Positions 14,932 through 22,508 of a stretch of 32,000 bases of DNA are shown here, one piece after another (within the stretch, counting starts at the first letter, position 1; every line of letters starts with the position of its first letter). Position numbers and translations under genes: made by a program. The stretch spans positions 690,001-722,000 of the forward strand of contig JAUIFI010000001.1 in the NCBI GenBank assembly GCA_030429505.1, in the 5' to 3' direction. Under the pieces are notes generated by a model that saw nothing but the letters and a program-made list of their open reading frames with translations, was not told the DNA's origin and did no database searches. This DNA is from Candidatus Saccharimonadota bacterium (GTDB taxonomy: Bacteria > Patescibacteriota > Gracilibacteria > UBA4473).

Positions 14932-17900
14932 TTACTTCACTTTAATATAATCACTTTCTGTTTTAAGAGAATACATATAATTTTTTATCCTTCTTTCTCT
15001 CAGCATATCAAAAAGTACCGGAATCACCAGCATGGTTGCTGAGATGGATGTAATCAGCCCTCCCACTACCACAATCGCCAAAGGCTTCTGTACCTCAGCT
15101 CCGACACCACCCGATACCAGCATAGGAAGTAAGCCGATGATAGACGTAAACGCTGTCATCAGCACCGGACGAAGCCGACGCGTTGCTCCCTCGAGAATCG
15201 CATCGTGAATGAGATTTTTGGTGACATGGGAAGCCGTTTGTAACTTTTCCTGTAAGGCATTTTCCAGATACAGCACGATCACGACTCCCGTCTCTACCGC
15301 GTTCCCAAAAAGCGCAATGAAACCCACCCAGACTGCGACCGAAAAATTAAACTGTGCCAACCACAATGCCATGATACCTCCCACCAGACTCAAAGGAATC
15401 GCCAGCATGACGATCGAAACTAATCCCAAATCTTTGTAAGTGAGATAGAGCATGAAAAAAATGAGGATAATAACTGATGGTACGACCCATGAGAGTTTTT
15501 GTTTGGCTCGAAGTTGATTTTTGTACTGTCCGTCAAATTCGAGGGAATAGCCAGTCGGGAGTTCCAAATTTTTTTCCAAATATGTCTTGGCTTCCTCGAT
15601 AAAGGACACTAAATCCCGACCCGATATATTGAGCTGTACAGCTCCACGGAGTTTTCCATTTTCACTCTGAAGCATGGCTGGCCCGTCTTCGACCCGAATA
15701 TCAGCCACACTGCTGAGCGGAATCTGGCGACCGTTCAATCCTGTCAAAGTAAGGGCTTTGACATCCGGTATATCTTCTCTGAAAGTGCGAGCGAGCTTGA
15801 TCTCGATGCCATAATTTTCCCGTCCTTCGACAGTTCTGGTGACGACTTTTCCTCCCGTGCCGATCTCGACCAGATCCAATGCGTCGCGTTTGGGTATCCC
15901 ATACAGGGCTAGTTTGGCTTCGTCTAAATCCACATTGAGGTATTTGAGTCCTGAGGTGCGGATAGCGACTACGCCGGTGGCTCCGGGAACTGACAGCATG
16001 AGTCGTTCGACTTCGATAGCGAGGTCTTCAAGTGTCTCGGCATCATCGCCAAAGATTTTGATTCCGACCTGACTGCGGATACCCGTGGAAACCATATCAA
16101 TTCGTCCGATGATGGGCTGGGTAAATCCGCTCCATAGATTTGGAATATTGATCTTTCGGTTCATTTCAGCGATGAGTTTTTCTTTGGTCATACCTTTTCG
16201 CCATTGCGACTTGGGTTTGAGGGTGAGAAAAGTCTCGATCATGGCGAGTGGGGCAGGGTCGGTAGCACTGTCTGATCGTCCGACCTTGCCAACGACGGTT
16301 TCCACTTCCGGAAATTGAGCAAAAATTTTGTTCGTTTCAATCAAAAGTTCTCGAGCCTTCCGTTCCGATACATCGGGGACAGTCATTGGCATATACATGA
16401 TCGCTCCTTCATCGAGCGGCGGCATAAATTCCGATCCGATTCGCATTCCCAAAGTTCCCGTCACGACGACCAGTACTCCGAGAATGACAAATACTTGTTT
16501 TCGATGGGTTAACACTTTTTTTAGAATCGGTTCATACCAGTTTTGGAAAAAACGTACGAGCGGAATCCGGTCATCGGTTTTGAGTTCTCCTTTGAGAAAA
16601 TACAGACAAAAAAGCGGCACAAAAAAGAGAGCCGCCACCAACGCTCCCAGCATGGCAAAAATATTGGTAAAAGCGAGTGGGCGAAAGAGTTTTCCTTCCA
16701 TACCTTCCAGAGCAAAGATCGGCACAAAGGACACTCCGATAATCAGTGTTGCAAAGAGAATCGGTGCTCCGACTTCCTGTACGGAGGCGAGAATGGTTTT
16801 GAATCGTTCATGAAAATCACTTTTGTCATCCTGAACTCGTTTCAGGATCCCAGAAGAAACAGGAGATTCTGAACTAAATTCAGAATGACACAGTTTCTTT
16901 TTTTGCAATAATTTCTGATACGCATTTTCAGTCACTACAATCGCACTATCCACCATAGTCCCGATCGCAATGGCAATCCCTCCCAAGCTCATAATATTGG
17001 ACGGAATTTTGAATATATACATACACAGAAACGTCATCAACACACCGTAAATCAGGGCTACGGCGGTAATGAGTGTCGCTCGTCCGTGAAGCAAAAAGAC
17101 CCAGAGTACCACGCCGGTAATAACGAGCATTTGGAGCAAAATAGTACGGAGTGTCTGAATGGAGTTTTTGATAAGTTCGGTTCGATCATAAAAAGGAACG
17201 ATGTTCACGTCCTCCGGAAGACTGGTTTTCAATTTCGCAATCTTTTCTTTTACGCGATTGATGACCTCGAGTGGATTTTCTCCGTAACGCATGACCACAA
17301 TCCCGCCGACTTTTTCAGATTCGCTGTCGGCTAAGATACCTCGCCTGAACTTTCCACCGATACGTACAGTGGCGATATCATTGACAGTCAGTGGTGTATT
17401 ATCGTGACGATACCCAAGGACGATATGTCTGATTTCTTCCGGATCTTCAAAGAATCCGATCCCCTGAACCGAAATTTCCCGTTCTCCGTATTCGAGTACT
17501 TTTCCAGAAACATTATTATTTGCTCCCTGAATCGTTTGCATGACGTGGGACAATTTCAACCCGTGTTGTTCTAGTTTGACGGGGTCGAGTACCACTTGAT
17601 ACGTTTTGACGTATCCTCCCACAGAGGCGATTTCTGCGACTCCGGGAAGGCTCTGCAGTTCATAGCGAAGCGTGAAATCCTGAAGTGATCGGAGCTCAGT
17701 CAGAGAGTGAGTATCTGATTCCAGCATATACATAAAGATGTGTCCGACTCCTGTGGCATCTGGTCCGAGGACGGGAGTGACTCCGGGAGGAAGCTGGTTT
17801 TTGATGACATTGAGCTTTTCTGTTACCCGATCCCGCGCAAAATAAATATCGGTACTGTCTTCAAAAATAACCGTGACGAGAGAAGTCCCCAGCATAGAAC

Positions 17901-18153
17901 TGCTTCGCACGGCTCTCACGTGAGGGAGTCCCTGCATGCCGACTGTAATGGGGTAGGTTACCTGATCTTCGATATTTTGCGGCGACTGTCCACTCCATTC
18001 GGTCAGGACGATAACCTGATTTTCTGACAAATCAGGAATCGCATCGACGGGTGTTTTGAGCAGAGCGAGCCCCCCAAGTCCCGTCAGGATGAGAAAGACC
18101 ATAAGGGTCAAAAATCTGTTTTCCAACGCCAGATGCAGTAATTTATTGATCAT
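14932..18153 (-). CDS. cusA: Heavy-metal efflux RND transporter, CusA/CzcA family (Cu(I)/Ag(I)-type methionine triad present)
   Basis: Collinear with E. coli CusA as I remember it. MINKLLHLALENRFLTLMVF matches MIEWIIRRSVANRFLVLM, so ATG 18153 is preferred over the track start 18183. Met residues align with CusA M573/M623/M672 contexts (MYMPM, PLAMIE, RIDMVSTG). Twelve-TM RND architecture. Confidence 0.9.
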   Translation of the reverse strand: MINKLLHLALENRFLTLMVFLILTGLGGLALLKTPVDAIPDLSENQVIVLTEWSGQSPQNIEDQVTYPITVGMQGLPHVRAVRSSSMLGTSLVTVIFEDSTDIYFARDRVTEKLNVIKNQLPPGVTPVLGPDATGVGHIFMYMLESDTHSLTELRSLQDFTLRYELQSLPGVAEIASVGGYVKTYQVVLDPVKLEQHGLKLSHVMQTIQGANNNVSGKVLEYGEREISVQGIGFFEDPEEIRHIVLGYRHDNTPLTVNDIATVRIGGKFRRGILADSESEKVGGIVVMRYGENPLEVINRVKEKIAKLKTSLPEDVNIVPFYDRTELIKNSIQTLRTILLQMLVITGVVLWVFLLHGRATLITAVALIYGVLMTFLCMYIFKIPSNIMSLGGIAIAIGTMVDSAIVVTENAYQKLLQKKKLCHSEFSSESPVSSGILKRVQDDKSDFHERFKTILASVQEVGAPILFATLIIGVSFVPIFALEGMEGKLFRPLAFTNIFAMLGALVAALFFVPLFCLYFLKGELKTDDRIPLVRFFQNWYEPILKKVLTHRKQVFVILGVLVVVTGTLGMRIGSEFMPPLDEGAIMYMPMTVPDVSERKARELLIETNKIFAQFPEVETVVGKVGRSDSATDPAPLAMIETFLTLKPKSQWRKGMTKEKLIAEMNRKINIPNLWSGFTQPIIGRIDMVSTGIRSQVGIKIFGDDAETLEDLAIEVERLMLSVPGATGVVAIRTSGLKYLNVDLDEAKLALYGIPKRDALDLVEIGTGGKVVTRTVEGRENYGIEIKLARTFREDIPDVKALTLTGLNGRQIPLSSVADIRVEDGPAMLQSENGKLRGAVQLNISGRDLVSFIEEAKTYLEKNLELPTGYSLEFDGQYKNQLRAKQKLSWVVPSVIILIFFMLYLTYKDLGLVSIVMLAIPLSLVGGIMALWLAQFNFSVAVWVGFIALFGNAVETGVVIVLYLENALQEKLQTASHVTKNLIHDAILEGATRRLRPVLMTAFTSIIGLLPMLVSGGVGAEVQKPLAIVVVGGLITSISATMLVIPVLFDMLRERRIKNYMYSLKTESDYIKVK
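16824..16890. repeat. 67-nt double-hairpin palindromic element inside cusA, kept in frame
   Basis: Hairpin 1: ATCCTGAA (16828-16835) / TTCAGGAT (16841-16848). Hairpin 2: ATTCTGAA (16866-16873) / TTCAGAAT (16879-16886). The outer ends TGTCATCCTGAA and TTCAGAATGACA are inverted repeats with 11 of 12 matching. The element encodes LCHSEFSSESPVSSGILKRVQDDK in the cytoplasmic loop after TENAYQKL. Confidence 0.8.
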
Positions 18154-19858
18154 CTGATGTGGGGTTAGAATTATTCTTGTCATCCTGAACTTGTTTCAAG
18201 ATCTCTAATGTCAGAGGTTCACTCGTGCGAAAAAGAGATACTGACGGATTGGCTATGATGTCTGACTTAAGGGTCAAAAGATCTGACTCGATATCACTTT
18301 TCTCTCCGTCTTCCGCCAAAATAGTAACCGTCAGGTGTCGATGACTGCCTTCGGTGTCTTGTACCCACACAAAATATTCATTCCCCCGACGTTTGATAGA
18401 GTACGAAGGCACGGAAAAGATAGTGCTATCTTTGTCTAAGAGTTGTACATAGACATTGGTATTATGCGGAAGTGATACATCTTCGGTAAAAGAAGCATGC
18501 ACCATAGCTTGTCGGGACATACTTTCGAGTGATGCTCCTTTACGAGTGATAGTGGCTTTCAACGTTTGATGTGTGGTGGGGACAAGTACGGTTACATCAT
18601 CCCCCGTATGTATCTTTGCTAACCAGTCTTCGTTGACGCCGAATTGCACTTCGAGAGGGGCTATTTGTGACAAGGTCGTATCGACATCGACCATTTCAAA
18701 GAGCGGTTCATTGGCTTTGATCATGTGACCGACGTCAGCCATACGGGCGGTAATTTTTCCCGAGAAGGGAGAAACAATGCGAATATGTCCGCTCTGAGCG
18801 AGCTGACTACTGTAGGCCGCTTGAGCTACTTCGACCCGATTACGAGCGGCATCAATATTTTTTTGAGCCTGAGACTCGGTCAGATTGAGATTTTTTTGAG
18901 CGGTATCAACTGTCACTTCGATCTGATCAACAGTTAAGAAGGCACTTTCAATACGATCCTGAATTGTTAATATCTTTGTCTGGCTCTCCTGAATAGTGCG
19001 GATATTTTGAGAAATTTGGTTTTCGGTCTGTATTTGAGAGATACTGGCATTTCGGTAGAGTGTCTCCATTTCGTCCAGTAATACAGTGAGTTTTTGCAGA
19101 TACTCAATGATACTTTGTCTTTGCGAACTGAGACCAGATTTTCGAAAGGTTGTATCAAACTGTTCCAGTGCTTGAAAGAGAGTGAAAACTTTTCCTTCCT
19201 GAATCGAGTCATGAAAACTCCCAGCGATACTACTGGATGAAGTTCTGGCTTGGAGTGTATCGCCAAAAAGGACTCGTTTCACATTCTGAAACGTTTGCGA
19301 AGCGACTGTTTCCGCCTGATCGTAGAGCTGCTGAATGGTACTGCGTTCACCTTCACTTCCCCCCTGAAGAGTGGTTTGCAGAGCTGTTGTAGCTTGTTCT
19401 ACATTTTTTTCCGCGACAGAGACGGATTGGGACGCTACTCGCTCGGCATTGGTCAATTCCTGTTGAGCGGCAATGAGCTCAGCCTTGGCTTTGGCGATCT
19501 GACTGGAGCTCTCTCCCTCCACGCCTGGGGGAAAGAGAAAGGCAATAGCCTGTCCAGCAGTCACCTGATCACCGACGTCGACGAGAATATCTTTAACGAT
19601 GCCCTCCCGGCGAGGGTGAATCATCGCATATTGATTGGAGTTAATGTTCCCCAAGATTTTGATGGTGGAAAAACTTTCCGAAAGAGTGGGGTGAATCGTT
19701 TCATACGTTTTGTGATCTATCATAGATGAGGAGGTATCGGGCGATGGATTGTCAAAGTACCAATATGCTCCCAGACCGATACTAATCACAATGATATAGA
19801 AACTGATTTCCCACCATCGAATCGGCTTTTTCCAAAAGCCTTGTATAAATGGTTTCAT
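18143..19858 (-). CDS. Efflux RND periplasmic adaptor (membrane fusion protein, HlyD/CusB-like) with very long coiled-coil insert
   Basis: N-terminal TM anchor. Lipoyl-like halves GIVKDILVDVGDQVTAGQAIAFL and RIVSPFSGKITARMADVGHMIKANEPLFEMVD are separated by about 240 aa of heptad-like Q/E/A-rich sequence, followed by a beta-barrel region. It overlaps cusA. Confidence 0.85.
   Translation of the reverse strand: MKPFIQGFWKKPIRWWEISFYIIVISIGLGAYWYFDNPSPDTSSSMIDHKTYETIHPTLSESFSTIKILGNINSNQYAMIHPRREGIVKDILVDVGDQVTAGQAIAFLFPPGVEGESSSQIAKAKAELIAAQQELTNAERVASQSVSVAEKNVEQATTALQTTLQGGSEGERSTIQQLYDQAETVASQTFQNVKRVLFGDTLQARTSSSSIAGSFHDSIQEGKVFTLFQALEQFDTTFRKSGLSSQRQSIIEYLQKLTVLLDEMETLYRNASISQIQTENQISQNIRTIQESQTKILTIQDRIESAFLTVDQIEVTVDTAQKNLNLTESQAQKNIDAARNRVEVAQAAYSSQLAQSGHIRIVSPFSGKITARMADVGHMIKANEPLFEMVDVDTTLSQIAPLEVQFGVNEDWLAKIHTGDDVTVLVPTTHQTLKATITRKGASLESMSRQAMVHASFTEDVSLPHNTNVYVQLLDKDSTIFSVPSYSIKRRGNEYFVWVQDTEGSHRHLTVTILAEDGEKSDIESDLLTLKSDIIANPSVSLFRTSEPLTLEILKQVQDDKNNSNPTSDDQ
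18179..18203. repeat. Second (single-hairpin) copy of the palindromic element at the adaptor/cusA junction
   Basis: gtcatcctgaacttgtttcaagatc matches gtcatcctgaactcgtttcaggatc (16825-16849) at 23 of 25 positions. It encodes ILKQVQDD in the adaptor tail. Confidence 0.75.
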
Positions 19859-19876
19859 GGCAAAAAAGATGAGAAA

Positions 19877-20074
19877 TTATTCGTGATGCATACCACTTTT
19901 CAAGTGGTCTTCGACTGACATATTCATGCGAGCGGCGGCTTCCTTTTGTTCTTGAAATTCTTCCATGCTCAAACCGTGTTGCTTAGCTAAGTCAGCGTCA
20001 GTCATAGGTTTTTGACCACAACCGATAAGTACAAAAGAAAGTATAAAAACGAAAGCGATTGATAATTTTTTCAT
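19877..20074 (-). CDS. Small lipoprotein with Met/His-rich C-terminus (possible metal-binding accessory protein)
   Basis: ATG 20074 gives MKKLSIAFVFILSFVLIGCGQK (lipobox). The C-terminus is ARMNMSVEDHLKSGMHHE. It lies 18 nt upstream of the adaptor gene on the same strand. Confidence 0.6.
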   Translation of the reverse strand: MKKLSIAFVFILSFVLIGCGQKPMTDADLAKQHGLSMEEFQEQKEAAARMNMSVEDHLKSGMHHE

Positions 20075-20146
20075 GATAAAAAAGAGATTAAAAAAAAAGA
20101 AAAAGCCTTTCTGTGAGAAAGACAAAGATAAAAAGAATTCTCTTTT

Positions 20147-20524
20147 TTAAATCACGAGAACAATCGTTTTTTGAGCAATGAGATGCGGATGAAGCACTGC
20201 TTTATATATTGGAGGATCAGGTGTATTCAGATTCTGTACAAATGAAATTTCTGATGACAAGTAATCAGTTGGAGCCGTGACCACCTGAGCAATACTTTCG
20301 AATTGAATATCGGTTTGATTTGCTACAAACTGCTCACTCCAGCTTTTTTCCGCTATCTCACAAGCGTTGCAATCTGCCATATCCATTTCTTGCACACTGT
20401 TTATCTCTTCATGGCACGGAGCTGCCGATACTTCGGGAGACATCACAAAACTCATCAAGCTAAAGCACGCGAGAAGCGTGAACTTTGACGAGAGAAGGGA
20501 AAGGGAGAAAAAGGATTTCATCAT
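20147..20524 (-). CDS. Secreted hypothetical protein with Cys/His/Met cluster; first gene of the efflux operon
   Basis: Signal peptide ...MSFVMSPEVSA/AP, then PCHEEINSVQEMDMADCNACE. Same strand as the pump genes and immediately upstream of them. Confidence 0.6.
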   Translation of the reverse strand: MMKSFFSLSLLSSKFTLLACFSLMSFVMSPEVSAAPCHEEINSVQEMDMADCNACEIAEKSWSEQFVANQTDIQFESIAQVVTAPTDYLSSEISFVQNLNTPDPPIYKAVLHPHLIAQKTIVLVI

Positions 20525-20676
20525 CTGATGTCATTTTGCATTCTACAATTTTTTAGAAAAAAGCAAATAATCGTTCAATGATGATTATTTTCAAAACTAA
20601 ACTTTTAGATGGATGGCTAAAAGTCGTTGGCAGATGGCATCGGTCTGGTATCTTTTAAATTAATTGATAAAAAAAT

Positions 20677-21027
20677 TCAGCAATCAATATCATCAGCCCT
20701 CTTTATAAGATCTTCTGAATATTGTTCGACCCATCTTAAACAATTTTCATCTAATTTTTTTTGAGCTGGTTTTTGAATTTGCTCTTTAAAATAATCATCT
20801 CCCTTTTTTTCTATATTTTCTAAAGTTTCAACAAGATCTTGTTCCCACCTAAAACCGGCATTAATCCGTCTTTGTTTTTGATCACATGCTTGAATTATTG
20901 GTAACTCACTAAAATGTTGATTAATACATTCCTCCATTGCCATAAAATCAATAAGGTTTTTCTCATTACTTTCCAATGAACATCCAAATAAAAACAACAT
21001 AAATGTAAGCAATAATACTTTTTTCAT
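20677..21027 (-). CDS. Small lipoprotein, hypothetical
   Basis: ATG 21027 gives MKKVLLLTFMLFLFGCSLE (lipobox). The track ORF start at 21099 is an unsupported extension that runs through a repeated intergenic 25-mer. Confidence 0.6.
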   Translation of the reverse strand: MKKVLLLTFMLFLFGCSLESNEKNLIDFMAMEECINQHFSELPIIQACDQKQRRINAGFRWEQDLVETLENIEKKGDDYFKEQIQKPAQKKLDENCLRWVEQYSEDLIKRADDIDC

Positions 21028-21072
21028 ATAAAAATGATAATAAAAAATCGTTAATAGTAAACTTACTATTGC

Positions 21073-21097
21073 TGTCCAATCCACATCTAGCCAAATC
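21073..21097. repeat. 25-nt direct repeat, copy 1 (upstream of the lipoprotein gene)
   Basis: gtccaatccacatctagccaaatca matches copy 2 at 21 of 25 positions, including an identical 12-mer atctagccaaat. Confidence 0.7.
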
Positions 21098-21191
21098 AAA
21101 TATACTGGTTGACAAAAAAAATAGAATTAGTACACTTTAGGCGTCTTTTGGTTGTTCAACATTAACAACTAAGAGGGTTTTATATCCAAGG

Positions 21192-21215
21192 AATAACCTC
21201 CTCGCGGAGGTTATT
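21192..21215. terminator. Perfect 10-bp hairpin overlapping the NYN gene stop
   Basis: AATAACCTCC (21192-21201), loop TCGC, GGAGGTTATT (21206-21215). It is flanked by a T-run on the plus strand. The minus-strand transcript has the A-run before the hairpin and only a weak U-tract after it, so terminator function is uncertain. Confidence 0.35.
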
Positions 21216-21783
21216 TTTTATCACCTCGGTGTTTTATTTTTTCTCCCCAGAATCCTTCTATCTTTAAAATGTTAAAATATCCATTCGCTCCAGTTCTCAA
21301 TTCTTGGGATACGTTATTGTCTGAAGAAAAAATATATGACTCTTTTTTTCGTGCCATTAAATATTTTATTAAGGGGAAAAAATCAGAATCTCCTGTGAAA
21401 AATACAGCTAAATCATATTTTTCTTTATGATGAAGAGCATCAATTGCTATTTCAATATCCATATTTCCTTTCTCTACAATAAAAATCTTCCCATCTTCTT
21501 CACGTCTAATCTGTTTAATAGGTTTTTTTCGTATTTCAAACCCCAATCCTTTTTTTAGATAGGTCATAAATTTGTGTGTCCCATCAGTATTGTATTCTCT
21601 TGTATTATTTTCAGGAAACGCTTCGTAATAGAAAATTTTCTCTACTTCTACATCACTTTTCAATTTTTCATTTAAAGAATTTTGAATAGTTTTTTTGAGA
21701 TTTGAATAATCAAGAAGATGTCCTTTACTTTTCTGGGAACTCCAAATATTTGCTACATCTAAAAATACATACGCCTTTCTCAC
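21211..21783 (-). CDS. NYN domain (LabA/DUF88-like, PIN-fold) putative ribonuclease
   Basis: N-terminal AYVFLDVANIW, central EKGNMDIEIAIDAL, and YDLAVFFTGDSDFFPLIKYL. These are the acidic residues characteristic of NYN/LabA proteins. GTG start. Confidence 0.8.
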   Translation of the reverse strand: MRKAYVFLDVANIWSSQKSKGHLLDYSNLKKTIQNSLNEKLKSDVEVEKIFYYEAFPENNTREYNTDGTHKFMTYLKKGLGFEIRKKPIKQIRREEDGKIFIVEKGNMDIEIAIDALHHKEKYDLAVFFTGDSDFFPLIKYLMARKKESYIFSSDNNVSQELRTGANGYFNILKIEGFWGEKIKHRGDKK

Positions 21784-21884
21784 AAATTCATCATAAAAAA
21801 ATTATTTTTCTTTGACAAACTTATTTTTAAAATACATCTTAAGATACAATCCCTTTTATTATAAACGACTAAAAACAAAAGAAA

Positions 21885-21913
21885 ATTTTACCGTCCAACC
21901 TCCATCTAGCCAA
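21885..21913 (-). promoter_or_regulatory. Candidate sigma-70-type promoter for the NYN gene: TTGGCT-N17-TAAAAT
   Basis: On the minus strand, TTGGCT lies at 21913-21908, followed by a 17-nt spacer, then TAAAAT at 21890-21885. The -35 element and spacer lie inside 25-mer repeat copy 2. Confidence 0.3.
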
Positions 21914-21917
21914 ATTA
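21893..21917. repeat. 25-nt direct repeat, copy 2 (upstream of the NYN gene)
   Basis: gtccaacctccatctagccaaatta, in the same orientation as copy 1. The two copies bracket the NYN gene. Confidence 0.7.
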
Positions 21918-22178
21918 CAAAAACATCCTGTTTCGTTCTACAAGCTATAACAAGACCCACAAAGAGATAAATGAATTTTGAGATATGCCAAAACCCCCTC
22001 AGGGGTGATCGGTCACTATGCACTCTTAGTGCACAAGCTGGCAGGACTTAGTGAACTTTATCCGAAGTTACTTCAAAGTAAATAACTTGAACCTAATTTC
22101 AGTTAATTAGGCATTGCTACTCATAATGTACATTTTATTTAAAAGTACTATAATTAGAGCATAGTTAAGAATCTTTTT

Positions 22179-22508
22179 ATGAGCAAAAAAGCAATCACTT
22201 CCTTCTTAGAAAAAATAAAAACAATGATTTTTTCAGGAATAAAAACATTTTGGATGTATTTTTTCCCACTACTGGCTCAAACTATTATTTATTTTGTAAT
22301 TTGGGGGATTCTACATCTTTTATTAAGAATACCGACTTTCTTTAAGTTGGATATTCCTGTTCTTCGTATTGGAGATATAGAAATGCCTATGGATGTGCTT
22401 GTCTCCAAATTTTTAGACATTTGGGTTGTTGCCGGATTCATTGCAATACTCATTGTTTATATCATACGAGTAACCACAAATTTTCGCTTCAAAGATGAAT
22501 CTCGATAG
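22179..22508 (+). CDS. Small membrane protein (3 predicted TM), hypothetical
   Basis: 109-codon ORF with an ATG start and three hydrophobic segments. It overlaps the following 832-codon gene by 14 nt. A TATAAT hexamer lies at 22149-22154. Confidence 0.6.
   Translation: MSKKAITSFLEKIKTMIFSGIKTFWMYFFPLLAQTIIYFVIWGILHLLLRIPTFFKLDIPVLRIGDIEMPMDVLVSKFLDIWVVAGFIAILIVYIIRVTTNFRFKDESR

Noticed and set aside
15209-18027. Plus-strand ORFs inside cusA (for example 16328-16813, 16543-16872, 17740-18027) and ORFs inside the adaptor gene (18725-19729)
   Set aside because: They are antisense or alternate-frame shadows of strongly supported RND and adaptor genes, and their translations are low-complexity Ser/Arg/Thr-rich.
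6424-20074. Possible paralogy of the two small lipoproteins (6424-6666 and 19877-20074): LIGCG(E/Q)K.M..TD... and M(T/E)EE.Q.K.A
   Set aside because: The similarity is limited to the signal/lipobox and a short charged stretch. That is too weak to call homology by eye.
21784-22178. tRNA, tmRNA or tRNA-derived att site in the long intergenic region
   Set aside because: No cloverleaf arrangement, no GTTCGAATC-type T-arm and no CCA-proximal acceptor pairing could be found. Only independent short hairpins are present.
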